Assembly (NCBI GenBank): GCA_036172245.1
Contig: JAYWIR010000001.1
Location: forward strand, 4,340,001 to 4,404,000
Reading direction: 5' to 3'
From: Raillietiella orientalis
Taxonomy: Eukaryota
Length of the DNA stretch: 64,000 bases
Shown here: positions 13,508-25,804 of the stretch, in pieces
Layout of the letters: every line of letters starts with the position of its first letter
Numbering within the stretch: position 1 is the stretch's first letter
Made by a program: the position numbers and the translations under genes
Notes under the pieces: generated by a model
Database searches by the model: none
The model's input: only the letters and a program-made list of their open reading frames with translations
Told to the model about the DNA's origin: nothing

Positions 13508-13948
13508 GCGTCTTGGTTTCCACAGCGGAGGATTAACTTGGCTTCCTCGGAGAGCCTTGTCTCTTCTTCGGACCCGTCCCGCAGGTGCCGCACGGGGTCT
13601 CCGGAAGTTGACGGGAGAGGCTGTTTCCAGATCTGCGCTGAGCCTCTTTCGGGGACAGTCCTGCAAGGGAACGGGAATGGCCGTGTTGGCACGCCTTCTG
13701 GGCCCCTGCTCAGCTCGAACCAATGGCCTCTCGACCGGGGAGGCTCGATTTGACTCAACCAGCTGCGGCGCCCATGCCCAGCTCTTTCTCGAGGCGAAGT
13801 GCTCCCCGGATGAAACTCAGAGCCGCGGCGTGAGCAGGAAGCGCGCCTACGCTGAGTACCAGAGACGAGCCAGAGATGAAGTCAGCGCCTATGGAAGGGT
13901 TTGAAGAGGAGACGAGGCTCTCCGCGGCATCTGTGGAAACCAAGACGC
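13508..13948. repeat. About 440-bp segment bounded by inverted repeats (MITE-like)
   Basis: gcgtcttggtttccacag (13508-13525) is the exact reverse complement of 13931-13948; a further ~32-nt imperfect match at 13548-13579 versus 13893-13924. No target-site duplication seen. Confidence 0.6.
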
Positions 13949-14289
13949 GGCAGCAATTTGTTGAGGCGACTCTCCCAGGGTTCTCCGATCCGCGCTGTTG
14001 CTGTGCAACGAGTAACGCGCTTTCACTTTCGTCAACGTCACTTTACTTTTTCCAGGCATTGTTGAGGTGCGTTCGGCTGCTTCGCGCTCAGTTCTTAACG
14101 TCATTTCTGCACCCCATTTGTCAGGGCTGCAACCCTTGCACGCTTTTATCCCATTTCTTTTTTCTACCAGCTCCCCATCCTCTCCATCAATACCACCACC
14201 ATCATCCATTTCTTCTCCTCCTTTCTTCCTTCTCTTCCTTAGAGACTGCTCTGGTTGTTCCCGCATATGCCCATGGGATACTCTAACTT

Positions 14290-15050
14290 GAGCACGCCCC
14301 AGGCTACACGCGCGGAAAGAGTAGACCACTGCTTCTGGACTGCGAAGAAGAGGTCACTCCGATTTGTAGCACAGCGGCGCGGTGCGGAAGATTCTGAAGG
14401 TGCCCATCCTTCAGAAGCAGCCTTCGCGGGTGACTATGTGGGTTTCTTTGGCACTTGCAGGTGCCGCTGACAGGCAGCTTCTGAGACCGGCATCCTTCGT
14501 AACAGCAAAGGCATCCTATCTGATGGAAATTCTTTTGAATTCTTTTCTGCTTCAATGTTCTCCTCCCACCTTGGTCCTCAAGGAGTTCTGAAGAACCGTT
14601 CGCCTCCTTGGGGGAAGAAAGGGGAGTCGCGAAGCTCTTCAACGCTGTCCATGCTACCAGAGGGTGCGTGGAACTCTTCAGCCCACCCTGGAGGGACCAC
14701 TTCATGAATCCAGGAAGGCTCCGGAGGGAGAAGTCCGCTCCTCTTACGTTGGTAGGGAACCCCTAAGGGACTCTCAGCCCTGGTTGTCTCCTGAGGAATT
14801 CCCCAGGGGAACCTCTTCCTTATTCTCCGGGACCCCCCGGAGGGAGCTACTTCATTGTTTCTTATCAGGAAGGAGTCACAAAAGGATCCGCTCCCTGTTT
14901 CCTCCGCTGAAGAGAACCCTGAAAAGACGCTTCCAAAATAAAGAATTAAATTTCCCTGATGGGTTCCTCCCCAAAGGGAGGAGCGCACTTCTTGACACTC
15001 TGGAGGTGTCAATCCATCAGCTCCGTAGTACTCTATGGAGAGTTTCCCCC
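14290..15050 (+). mobile_element. Decayed Ty3/Gypsy integrase
   Basis: HCFWT, KVPILQKQPSRV/DYVG, GPQ..SEEPFASLGEERGV...HATRGCVELF.TL (~GPQF.SEEF...GI...HP.TNG.VERF.RTL), LSPEEF. Confidence 0.55.
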
Positions 15051-15244
15051 CAATGGGGGTGACGGCTTCACCTTCACGACCGGAGGGGAACCCTGATTCC
15101 TAGAATGACCCCAGAGGGTCAACTTCCGATCCCGGCAGTCACCCCGGGAAGTTTCACAAGGATCGCTCCCGAATAGGTCAACCAGAGTAATCCTGCGGGG
15201 AAAACGCGGAACCCACGACGCACCCCCGTTCTCAACGACGACCC

Positions 15245-15330
15245 TTCCCCGGGCGGGATTAGAACCCGCGACCCCTGGTGCTACGCGCGGGAGAGCAGCG
15301 CGGCCGCCAGCGCGGGCAATGCCTCCAGAT
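15245..15330 (-). mobile_element. Possible tRNA-derived SINE head
   Basis: T-arm-like hairpin GCGGG-TTCTAAT-CCCGC (B-box-like) at 15253-15269. No full cloverleaf. Confidence 0.3.
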
Positions 15331-17229
15331 GCATGTGGGGTTTTGCCTTCCTCCTGAAGACGTTCCCAACGGACCGAAAGGCTCCCCCTTCCAAGAGGAG
15401 TGCAAGACTCCTCGATCACCTTGATTCTTCGGGCCGAGAACCGTTCTTCCACTTCCCGGCGCGGAAGCAGTCCCCGAAGGAACCGCTTCCGCGTTCCTTC
15501 AGGTCGGGAAGTTCGACTCCGAGGAACGGCGGCTTCTACCCGGCACGCGAGGGCACTCGCTGAGCTCACATCTACTCCTCGTCGGGAGATTCCTTGGCAA
15601 CCAAGAGAACCAGGTGGCGAAGGCGATCGAGGAAAGGCTGCAGGGAATAGAGCGGGAAGGGAAGCCTTCCATCATCCCCGGGCTTCTTCCGGAGGAGAAG
15701 GCGCGTTCTCGGTTAGGATCGCTGCTGTAGAGCAGGAGTGCCACCACGCGCTCATCAGGCAGAGAGGCGCCGGGCAATCTGGCGGACAAGGGGGACGAGA
15801 TGAGCCACTCAGGGCTTCCGCCGCCGCCGCCCCAAGATGCCGATGACAACACCCGGCAATGAGCCCGTTGCGACTTCTCCCGCCTCCCTAGGCAGGAGGA
15901 AGGGGAGGGAAGCGGGCTGCTCCCTCCTCCTCCGGACGGAGAGCCTGCCGCGGCCGGAAGACAAAGAACGGCCGAGAGCTCCGATGCCGCGTTTGTCCCG
16001 AGAAGGCGCGTTCGCGCGTTCTTGCAGGGGAGCAGACCGATGAGTCTATGGCGCCACGCTGCTGAGGGTGTGCGGAGGAACGCCGACCAGAGGAACCCCC
16101 GGAGCTCCCCGGGGTGGGCGCGCCCATCCGCCTCCCCTTCTCGCCTCCGTCCCCGAAGAAGGAGGGGGAAGTCGCACTGAGAAGGATCGGTGGCAGGCGA
16201 CCGCACAAACAGGAGAGCACGAGTACCCGGGAAGGGAAACGCATGTCCGACCCTTTCCGGGCGAGGGGGAGAGAGGAACGACGTGGGGCACCCTCGCCTC
16301 ACATGGCGGTCACGTCTCCGGTCTCCACGGCGGTGGAGGCCGGAGACGTGGGCATGCCGCAATGATCCTTTCCTCCCGCCCGGAGGAAAATTCAGGGAAT
16401 CCCGACCATGAAGGCGAGCTCGAGGATGCTCGAAAAGCAGGAAAAGAGGAAGAAAAGAAAAGTGGGCAAAAGGGTGGCGGTTGCCGCTCAAGATCCCACC
16501 CTGAGGCGGTGTCCAGAAGTACCTTCTCCTCCCTGGGCTTGGAGAATGCCCCATCTTCTCGCAGGCGCGGCTTCCGGTAACGGGACAGGAGCTAAGGGAA
16601 GCGACACGAGCCCGGAGCAGTCGTGGTGCTTGCGGCTCCTCGCAGCTCGCTAAGGGACGCCCCTCGCAGAGACCCAGGAAGGACGCCAGGTCTCCTTTCT
16701 CACCCTGCTCGCAGCAGCGCTGTCCTCTTCGCGGGAGGAGGGCGACAGTGGGCAGCCCACAAGACGGGACACCTGCCGAGTCGCGAAAAGAAGGAGAGCG
16801 TCGGGATTGCGGAAGGTGCGCTGAGGCCGTCCTGCGTCCACTCTAACCTCCCACCCGGAAGGATGTCTCCTCCGGGCGTGTCCTCCCCGGACTCTCCTGG
16901 GAAACCTCGAGGTCCCCTCGGTTGAGAACGGGCAGCTTCTCGGCCTCCCTTGGAGTGGTGCCGCGACTGCCGCATTGGACTGTTCCTTGCAACGCGCTCC
17001 GGCACCACCTGCGCGTGGTCATGCCGGGGAGTTCCTCTCCGAAAAGAGGAAGGGGAAGGGGGAAAGGAGGCGGGCCACGTGGATCAGTGAATCTACTGGT
17101 CAGCGGGGAAATTCAGTCGGAAGAGGGAGAGAAACAGAAAGGGATCCACCGACTCGCGCAGGCCGGCCACCCAAAAGGAGAGGGAGGGCATGAGGGTAGA
17201 GACAGAAAATAAAAGGTGTCAACGCTCAC

Positions 17230-17560
17230 ACCCATCGCGTCTTCCGTAACCTGCATGCGATGTAGGCGGCGTCCCCTCCTTCGAGGTCAGTCTTTCACAT
17301 TCCATATCTTCAGCGAGGAGTCGAGGCATGTGGTTCCTCCTTCCCTGCTACCGGCGCGCCCGCCTCCGGCCTCCCGGGACTCCGGCGAGCCTTCCGACGC
17401 AACGCAGGATGGGGTGATCGAGAAAGTAGGCGATGGAGAGCCCGCCCAGCATGGGGCAGGACCGCAGCAGCTATCCCAGGGTGTCTTCGGGTCGGAACGG
17501 GGCAGGTCGCGATGGTCGCCGCATCCCAGCAGCGATAAGCGCGTGGCAGTGCCGCCTCCC
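17230..17560 (+). mobile_element. Possible integrase relic
   Basis: VTCMRCRRR (CxxC), QHGAGPQQLSQG, SPHPSSDKRV (~PYHP.SDG.VE). Confidence 0.35.
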
Positions 17561-20500
17561 CGCGACCGGAGGGGTCGGGAGAGGCTTCGCCGTTCGCCCT
17601 CGTCCAGAGATGCCTCAGCTGATTGCAAGGGAAGTCCCGGTCGGCAACGCCTCTTCGTGCCGCCGCCCGAGCCGGAGTGCAGAGCTGTCCGAGTGGAAGG
17701 GAGAGAAAGGTCACAATGCCCGGAGGCGTCGGAATGTCCGGATATTTTGCATCCGCCGGAGCGGTTCTCTGGCTCGGAGACTGGCACCGTGTCGGTCAAC
17801 GGCCCACCGCCCCACCGGTTCCGTCGCTCCTGCCACGAGGTCACATGCCCTTCTGACTGACGACCATCTTTCCAGCGCTGCAGTTAGGGTAGCTACGCTG
17901 CGGCTCAGGGTGGTGGCAGTGGTGGCCAGGGACGACTTCCTCCCATCTATTTCCTCCGGGGATGATGCTGCCTGGTTGAGGCGCGTCAGGGCTGCGTCTG
18001 AGTGCGTGTGGCGGACCCACCTCCTCCCGTCGCCTCCAAACGTTGCAGCCCTCGGGTCAGTAGGAAATCCACTAACGTCCTCCCCACGGAGCAGCGACCT
18101 GCCACGGTGGGAACCCGAGCGCACCTTCGTGCGGTCTGGAGTGCGAGGAGGCAACGACGCTGCTGTCACCCCACAACCAGCCGCGCGGCTCGGGGTTGGC
18201 GCGCGCAGGCGGGCACCGCCGACGTCCGCGTCCAGTTGTCGCCGCCACTCTCATCTGGAGCTGCAGCTCCATCTTTTCTAACGTCAGGGCGCCTAAGTCC
18301 GGCACCCCTTCGCAGCCAGGTCTCTGGGGCGAACCATCGGTCTTGGGGGGCGCCGCAGTGCTTTTCCGTGGGAGGGTCGCCTTGCGCCTCGCCTCGTACA
18401 GCGGGAGCGAAACGAAAAAAAAATCAAAAATAGCTGCTGGACCAGGTCAAGTGCGTCCCCGGACTATGCCCGGTGCAGTGGAGTGCACTCCCCATCCCCA
18501 CCTTCCCCGCAAGCTGCCGACCGAGTGTACAGCCCTCGGGAGTGTCTCGATGCCTCCCTGCTGGCATCCAAGGGGCGTCCCTGTAGACGCGGTGAGGAGA
18601 CGCCCCCTTTACACGTGGTGGCGCAAAGCCGTCTCCGCGGACCCGCTGCAGAGGAAGTGAATCTGCACCGAAAGGCGCCAGACCAACCAGCACGCTATCC
18701 CCGCAGTGCTCTCCTTCCCCAGGGTGAGGACAAGATTGCCGCAGTAGCTCTCGAGTCAAAAGGAGGAACTCGCCTGCATCCCGGGCAGGGCGCTGGAGGC
18801 GCCAGAGAGGTCGCTGCTATCCTTCCCCCCCATCCTCTCCCCTTATCTTTCTGAAAATAATTCTTCTTTCGTGGTCCATTTTGGTCTTCGCTTAAAATTC
18901 CCCCTCCCCCTTTGTTTTCTCCGTGAGGATTCCGTTGGACGGTCAGTCCGCTCGTGAGTAGGGACTCCTGCGGGACGTGCGTCGGCGTTGCGGGATTTCC
19001 CCACGCCGACGCACGACGTATCCCACGACGAATCCTGAACTTTCCTCTACGTGCATCTATTTTTTGGACTGTTCTTTTGCGTGTGCGCGTTCATTTTAGA
19101 ATAAAACGCCCCTATCGTAATGAGGTGGCCGTGACACTTTACTGAGAGCGGGGCTCCCGTCCGCGTTCAGAGGGCTTCTCTTCTCTTCAGGCCCGGCCGC
19201 GTTCCCGCCTCCAACCCCCTTCCCCTGCGATGCGGAATACCGGGAAGGGACCGCGCCTCCTTCTCTGGCTCCTTCCAGCCTCCATGTCTTTGAGTTGGGG
19301 TCAGTTTGGTGGCTGGCGACCAGTGTGACCCACAGCGCAGATCACGAAGAGCTCCAGAAGCGTCCCGGAGGGACCAGCTCGCCTCTTTCTGGAGGAGGGA
19401 AAACCGAAGGAATCGCAGCCGTCCCCAGCGGCGTCCCCTGGGCTTCCATGGAAAGCGGACTGAGGAGGGGAAGCCCAGAAGACAGCACGACAGGAAGGAG
19501 TTCGGTCGACGACTCGTCCCTTCTCATCTGTTCGCATCCTCCACCTTGTGACTAGTCGGGAGCATCACGACCTCTTCCTGACAGGGCGCCCCGAGTCCTC
19601 ATACCGTGTCCCTTCGAACGCCCTGGGGGATTGATCCAGGGGAAGGCTCTTCCGGAAGATCGGAGGCTTGTCTCCCCCGATGGGAGGACCTTCGAGAAAG
19701 TCTCCCTCTTCCCCTTCCTTCACAGACACGGGCATCTCGACATCTCCAAGCAACCGCGACAGACTTCTGCTCCTTTCACGTGACCGCGTTGACCCCTCGA
19801 TGGGACCGTCATTCGGAAAAGGTGAGTGAGGAAGGGAAGGGGAACCGTTGCTCCACCCGTTATTCCACCTTCCCAGGGAACCGGAGCTGAACGGGGGCGT
19901 CTTCCAAAGCCGCCCAAGGACTTTCTCCGAGGGAAGACGTTTAGAAGGGCCAATCCGCCCTGGCGACCACCTCCGCGGCTCCTGCTGGCTCGCTTTGCGG
20001 GGAAAGGAGAAGAGGAGGGGATAAAGAGAGGCGTATTGGGATTTCTAGATTTCTCAGCTCACCCGCTTCATCCATCCAGGTGGTCTCCTTACCCTCGCGG
20101 GGGAGGAGGGAAGGCCCTCTCTTCCTCCTGAAAAGGAACACCTACCCGTCCTCTCCATCTCACGCCTTCTGTTTCCGAACTGACGACGGACTCCCGGAGC
20201 AGATGCTCTCACGTCCCGCTGGACCCGGAGACCGAGAGCCGTGCTTCGGTCGCACCCGTTTCTTCTGGGACGCCGCCGCAGCCTCCCGCAACTCGGGACC
20301 GGTTGCCGCCGCCGCCGCTCACTTCCCTCCTTGCTGCGCTCAGTGTCGAAAACTGCCGCTAGAGGGGAACCTGCGCTTCGCGGGCGGCTCGCGCTAGGAG
20401 GCGCCATTGCCCCTGTCACCGGAGAGGTAGTCTTGATTGACCGCGGAAGCGACACCGCGCTCCCCAAGGTGCGCACTAAAGTTCGTAATCGTGCACGGAG

Positions 20501-20931
20501 GACACTTGCGACCCCTCTCGCCTGACCGATCCCGCTTGCTCGGAGCGATTCACGAGGCGTGCGGCTTGGGAAGCTCCCGAACCATCAACCCCTTTTCCTC
20601 TTCCCTTACCCTTTGAGAGGGACTTGTGACCCCCCCTTTGAGATCCGGAGGGGAGCAAAGAAGCACTCATGTTTTTCCGTCTTCCCCCCCCCCCCCTCAC
20701 CTCATCTTCCTTCCCTCCTACCCTCCCCCCTGCTTCGCTTTTTGATCCGCCGTGACCTGCACAGGCAACTACGTGACACGAAGAGCTCCCGTTGCAGAGT
20801 TCGCGCGCACCTGGCGACGGACTTGCGAACCTGCCGTCGGGAGAGCTCGGACTCGTGACGAGAGATGGCAGGAGTAGCGGCACGAGGTGCAGAATAACGT
20901 CCGGTAGCTCGATCCGGCATCGCAGCCCTTC

Positions 20932-20968
20932 AGCCAATCAGAGCCCCCCTTCGCGGTTTGTCAATCAG
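20932..20968 (+). promoter_or_regulatory. CCAAT box (AGCCAATCAG) plus variant TGTCAATCAG; candidate msi promoter
   Basis: NF-Y-type consensus at 20932-20941 and a second similar site at 20959-20968, just upstream of exon 1a. Confidence 0.45.
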
Positions 20969-21147
20969 CTCGCGCTTATCTACTCTGTATGAGTCTTGCG
21001 CCGAAACGCGCTTCCCGTAGTTCAGCGTTCGATGTGCACGCCACAGAGGTGCGGTCCTCCGCCGTAGTGGCCGCAGTCTCCAGCCTCCGTAGTGCCGTGG
21101 CAGTTTCCTCCTCCTCCACCACCTCCTCCTCTCGTTTTCCTGCATCC

Positions 21148-21236
21148 ATGGAGAGCACGTCGCCGCAGGATGGTGAGCCCGCGTCCTTCCCGGGAGAAGT
21201 TCCCGTGGATTCTGCGTATGGACCCGAAAACTTCTG
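21148..21236 (+). CDS. msi: msi candidate coding exon 1a (MESTSPQDGEPASFPGEVPVDSAYGPENFW)
   Basis: tccATGG start; ends TG|gtaatt in phase 2, matching exon 2; CCAAT box about 210 bp upstream. The peptide is not conserved enough to be certain. Confidence 0.55.
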
Positions 21237-22949
21237 GTAATTTTTTTCCTTCCTTCCTCTCTCTCTCTGTTTGTTTCTCTCCACGAATTGGCGCCCTACC
21301 CTCCTCCCTTTTCCCCACATGCCCTCCGCGAGTGTAGGGGGAGGAGGGGGGAGGCAAAAGGGCCGGATGTGCTGCCCAGGATAACCGTCCTCCCCTCGCC
21401 CTCATGAACATTGCAGGTGACAGCAGCAGTTCCCTCTCCTCCTTTCCCCCTCGGGGACCCCCCGGAGGGGGTGGGGTGGAGTGCGCGTAAATGCGCGTGA
21501 TGTGCTTCACGGATGACGGCCAGTCCCCCCTCCACGCAAAAGACCTTCCGTTCGGTTCATCCCGAGGTTTCTCTCCGGCGAAGGGGAGAGGAAGGGGGAA
21601 CGAAGATGGAAACGGTGCTCCTATGTGTGCTCGTGCTCCCGGTGGAAGGACCCGTCCCTCCGCGGCGACGTGGTCGCGGGCGTTCTCTCTGGCACAAGGC
21701 TGCGGAGGGGAAGCAGACTGACCAGCGTTCCTCCTCCTCTCCGGGAGAGTGTTGAGCGTCCGGCTCCCAGGCAGAGGGCGTGGATGCAGCGAGGAGCCTT
21801 CCTTCCCCAGAGCTTCCAGTGACGAGGGATGTGTGGCTCCGGCCTCAGGACCGTTTCTTCCGATCCCTGGTCCATACTGCCGCCTCCACTTGAGCTGATG
21901 AACTCTCCCGTCCTCCGCTCCCTGCTCCTCCTCGTCCCCTCCGTTCTTTGCCTGATCCGCCGGCTCTTGGAAAGGGACACCAGAGTCCCACCGCCCTTCC
22001 GTCAAGGTGTCCCGCATCTGGTGACAAGGCGCTGCGAAAGCCCATCTCGTGGGAGCGGAAGGGGCCCTCCGGGTATCGGCCTCCTGGAAAAAGGGGAGGC
22101 GGACCTCAGGGGACGGCGGCGGTATCGGCAGAGGACGAGAGTGAAAGTCGTCTCCGCGGTCGCCATTTTGTTTTTTGCTGCGGATAGAGGAGAAAACTTG
22201 TCGCAGCGCCCGCAAGTCGAGCGTCTTCCCGCGCCCACTCGCGTGGCCTGGAACGGGAAGGAAAGCTGGCAAGGAGCGGCGTTAGCGAGAGAGAGGAGGG
22301 GATATGGCGGGTCGTGGGAACGGTTCCGTATGCTATGGGGGGGGGAGGAGGGAAGGGGAGTGGAGGGGTGCGCCTCCTGCTTCTTGCACGCGGTCGCGAG
22401 GTCGTCCCGAGGAAACCTACCCAACCTCGCGACCTTCCTTCGCTCCGATGTGCCCCTGTCACAGGAAGAGGAGGAGCACGTGCATTAAGGCGGACGCGCC
22501 TCCTTCCTCCTTCGAAGGGGTCACATCCCTTGGGGGGAGGGCTAGCTGCTCCAGCGACGAAACGCGGTCGGGGGCGCGTGCGCTCTGGGGCACCCGACTG
22601 CTGTCGCGTGCAGGACGCCCCGAAGCACCCTCCCCCGCTCGTGGCGGCAGTAAGGGAGGGATCCGCGAAGAAGTTTCGGCGTCCCGGAGACCTTCCGTTC
22701 CTTTCCGGTTCGGTTTCGTTCCCGCTGCCCCCTTGCAGTTGCAGGATTCGCGCGGGACGTCCTCTCTCCGAGCAAGAGGATGGGGACGACGGGAGCTGGA
22801 ATTTTCGCGAGGCGGGTTCGGCGACGCGCTGCGTTCATGGCAGCCCTGCCTTTCCCTTCCTCGCCCTCCTCCTCCTCTGGATCGCTTCGGGCACGTGGCA
22901 GCTCGCGGTGCCCTCCGTGCGGCTGGCGGTGGCGGCGGGATGACACCCA

Positions 22950-23420
22950 TGCCAGGTACCGCACCGCTTCCCTGGGAACACCGACACGTTCCCTGCTCTG
23001 CGTTTCGGGTCGGCCCACTGCGAAAACTTTTCTCTTCAAGGTCACGCGGAATCCGATCTTCTCCGGAACGAATTCGAGGCAACTGACGAATTCCGAAACC
23101 CAGGGAAACGCCGTTGCAGGGAGAACGCGCGTGAAGGCGGTGGATCAGGTGAACCCGAGAGGGGCCGACGCGGGATACGAGGCACTTGTGTTCCAGGAAG
23201 GAAGGAAAGCGCTGCGTGTCGTCGAGACTGCATTCGACCTCCTCCTCCTCCTCCCCTTCTTCTCCCCTCCCCCCTTCCCCCTCCCGACGCAGGGCAGGAG
23301 ATCTCCGGTTCCTGCAAGACGGCAGGAAAGCCTCCGCCGACGATGTAGTCGTTCCCAAGATAGAAAAGGGCGGCAGAATCCTGGAACACCAGTGCTTTTC
23401 GCCCCAGTCGGCCTGTGCCT
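22950..23420 (-). mobile_element. Decayed Ty3/Gypsy RT (intron 1)
   Basis: RILPPFSI, CSLDDTQRFPSFLEHKCLVSRV (~YLDDI...STFEEH..L..V), VSLGF, within ORF 22459..23445. Confidence 0.55.
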
Positions 23421-23963
23421 TGCAGAACCGAACCGTTCCCGGCATATGAGCCTATTTCTGCTGCCCAGTTCTCTCCGAATGGGAGGCGCCACGCCGCACA
23501 GGCCCCCCTCCCCCTACTTCCCCACCACTCGCTTTCTCTAACCAAACTGTTGAGAACGTCTTCCGAGCGTCCGAACCCCATTCACTTTGTGCTCCCCTCA
23601 ACGACTGCAGCACTCTCGCCGCGTGTGTCGCTACGGCACACATCGTATGCTGTTCGCCTGTTGCACAATCACAAGTGCTGCTATTTCTGCATGGAAAAAA
23701 AAGGGGGTGGGGTGGGAGGGGACTGCCTTCCCTCCCCCCCTCCCTTTCTTCTTTCCTTTTCCTGGATCGATGGGTCGCAGGTCGTTTGTGCTCCTTGTAG
23801 TGACAAACTGAGCCTGCGGACGGTCCCAACGAGAACGCGCGATAGTTGGGCCCGATGCCTCCCCACGCTCGAAACTTCGCTTACGGTTCTTTCGAAAGAT
23901 AGCAGAGTCCCTCCTGTTATCTCAAATTGATGCAGATGCTTGACGTGCGGACATAAAAATAAG

Positions 23964-23989
<26 letters not shown>
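23964..23989. repeat. (CA)n microsatellite
   Basis: Directly visible. Confidence 0.95.
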
Positions 23990-23994
<5 letters not shown>

Positions 23995-24282
23995 CTCGAG
24001 GGCGCGGGGACGGAAAAGCATTCTGGATTTTTCGCAACCCATCATGGCGGCGGCGGTTGCCCGGAGACGATTGCGACCGCAAGCCCGGGGCTGCCCGCTG
24101 CCGACAGGGGAGCTGCCGACAACGATGCTCGGCGCGGCGAGCGGAGGAGGAGGACCTCGCTGCGGAAGGTGGCCGAGGTCACTGGCAGACTCCGGCGAAA
24201 CGCTCGTGCGGCGTGGCATGCGGCCTCGTCCGCAACGGTTGGCCTCCGTGAAAGAACCACTCCGTGTTCGTGCCCGACCGGG

Positions 24283-24350
24283 ATGTGCCCACCGATCGGA
24301 GATCCTTTGGGTTCCCCCATCCCACCCACCCCTTCCCCCCATGTGGTTGA
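24283..24350 (+). CDS. msi: msi alternative candidate exon 1b (MCPPIGDPLGSPIPPTPSPHVVE)
   Basis: ATG at 24283; consensus donor GA|gtgagt in phase 2, compatible with exon 2. Confidence 0.35.
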
Positions 24351-25763
24351 GTGAGTAAACAGATTCGGGAATATTTAGAATTGCGTCACCTCCCGTGTAC
24401 GTGTGCGTATTCGGAAAACAGGACAAACGGTAATTTCCAAGAGATTACAGTTAATGTACGATGTGCCATGAAAAGGAAGTGGGGGGGAGGGGGAGCCCTG
24501 CGTGTGATCTCGCATAGGATGAAAAACCTTTGGCTCTCTCTCTGTGTGAACTGTGTTTCTCGATAGTGTTCTGGCTAAAAATAAATCTCCTTTTTGAAAA
24601 ACAGAGTGGATGATGCGGTGGAGTGGGTGAAAACGGTGTGCGATCGTACGATGCGATCGAGCACGGCACTTTTTTGTGTGCTGCTCCCTTGACACCATTG
24701 TGGAGCGTTCCCAGCGCGTGTCGTTCCAGAGCAAAAGCTGCCAAATACCCGTATTGCGGGATTGATTCGTGTGCATAAGTTGTCCCTTTCTTTCTTTCCT
24801 CTTTTTTTTTTTTTTCCTCTGCTCTTGGAGGGGGAGGGGGAGGTCTGTGCTGCCAAAAAAGCCTCATCATTATTTTTAAACAGTTTATCCCTTTGTAAAA
24901 ATACTCTATAGATTCCTCGCATCCCCGTCTTGTCGCATCGCTTTTTAATCGCGTTTGCACGACACCCAGCCGCGAGCACTGTCGCGTGCTCGCCGCAAAT
25001 TCGGGGGGTCGCGGCCGTCGAATCGCATTGATCGAAGTCGCAGAAAGGCAGCGGATGGTGGCTCCGTGCTTTTGTCCGCAGATGCGTTTGAAAGCCTTCT
25101 GTTCTGTGAGTCAGAAAGCCCACGCCGAAGAGGCACTTCGAGAGCTTCTACTTTTTTGAGTAGCGACTGGAACCCCCCCTCCCTCCCTCCTTCTGAGAGA
25201 TCTCCAGATGGGATGAGTGGAGTTGAGCACAAGGCTGCCGGTGCACCCCCTTGACCATGGCGGACGCTGCCGCGCGCGTGCGCACTCGGGAACTCGGGCC
25301 ACGGAAGTCTTTTCTTGTCACCTGCACGCTTCGTCACGAGTGGCTGCTGTCTCTCCGTCGCCCATCGGCGCACACCATGGACCCTCTTGGTTCCGTTTCC
25401 TCGTCCTCCTGAGACAACGCTTCTTCCGTCCGTGGAGGTTTCGTTCGTTCCTCATCCGTTCCTCCAGGCACCGTGGTTTCCCCCCCCCCCCCCCCTCTCT
25501 TGTCTTCAGGGCTGCTTCTCTCTCTGGAACTCCGGTCGTGGAGCCGCCGGCAGCGTTTTCCCTTGACTTGTCGCTCCGCGAATCCGTGGACCACCTTTCT
25601 CCGCCCTTTCCCCCCATGGATCAAGCGTCGTCCCGAGATGCGACCTTTCGCTTCAACCCCCCTGTACCTCCCACCCTTTCTGCAGCCCTGCCGGCACTTT
25701 CCCTTTCTTGCCGGAATTTCCCGTTGCATCCCCCCTCCCACTGCTAACGGGCTGTCTTTTCAG

Positions 25764-25804
25764 GAAGATGTTCATCGGCGGTCTCAGCTGGCAAACCTCT
25801 CCAG
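25764..25804 (+). CDS. msi: msi exon 2 (KMFIGGLSWQTSP; RRM1 RNP2)
   Basis: Branch-like gctaac plus gtcttttcag acceptor; G|gtcagt donor; 41 nt. Confidence 0.96.

Noticed and set aside
15245..15330. Intact tRNA gene (also at about 40196-40210)
   Set aside because: Only a T-arm or B-box-like hairpin is present; no acceptor, D or anticodon stems could be built.
21172..21178. G|gtgagc as the exon 1a donor
   Set aside because: It is phase 1 relative to ATG 21148, so it is incompatible with exon 2. The phase-2 frame has an upstream stop and no ATG.
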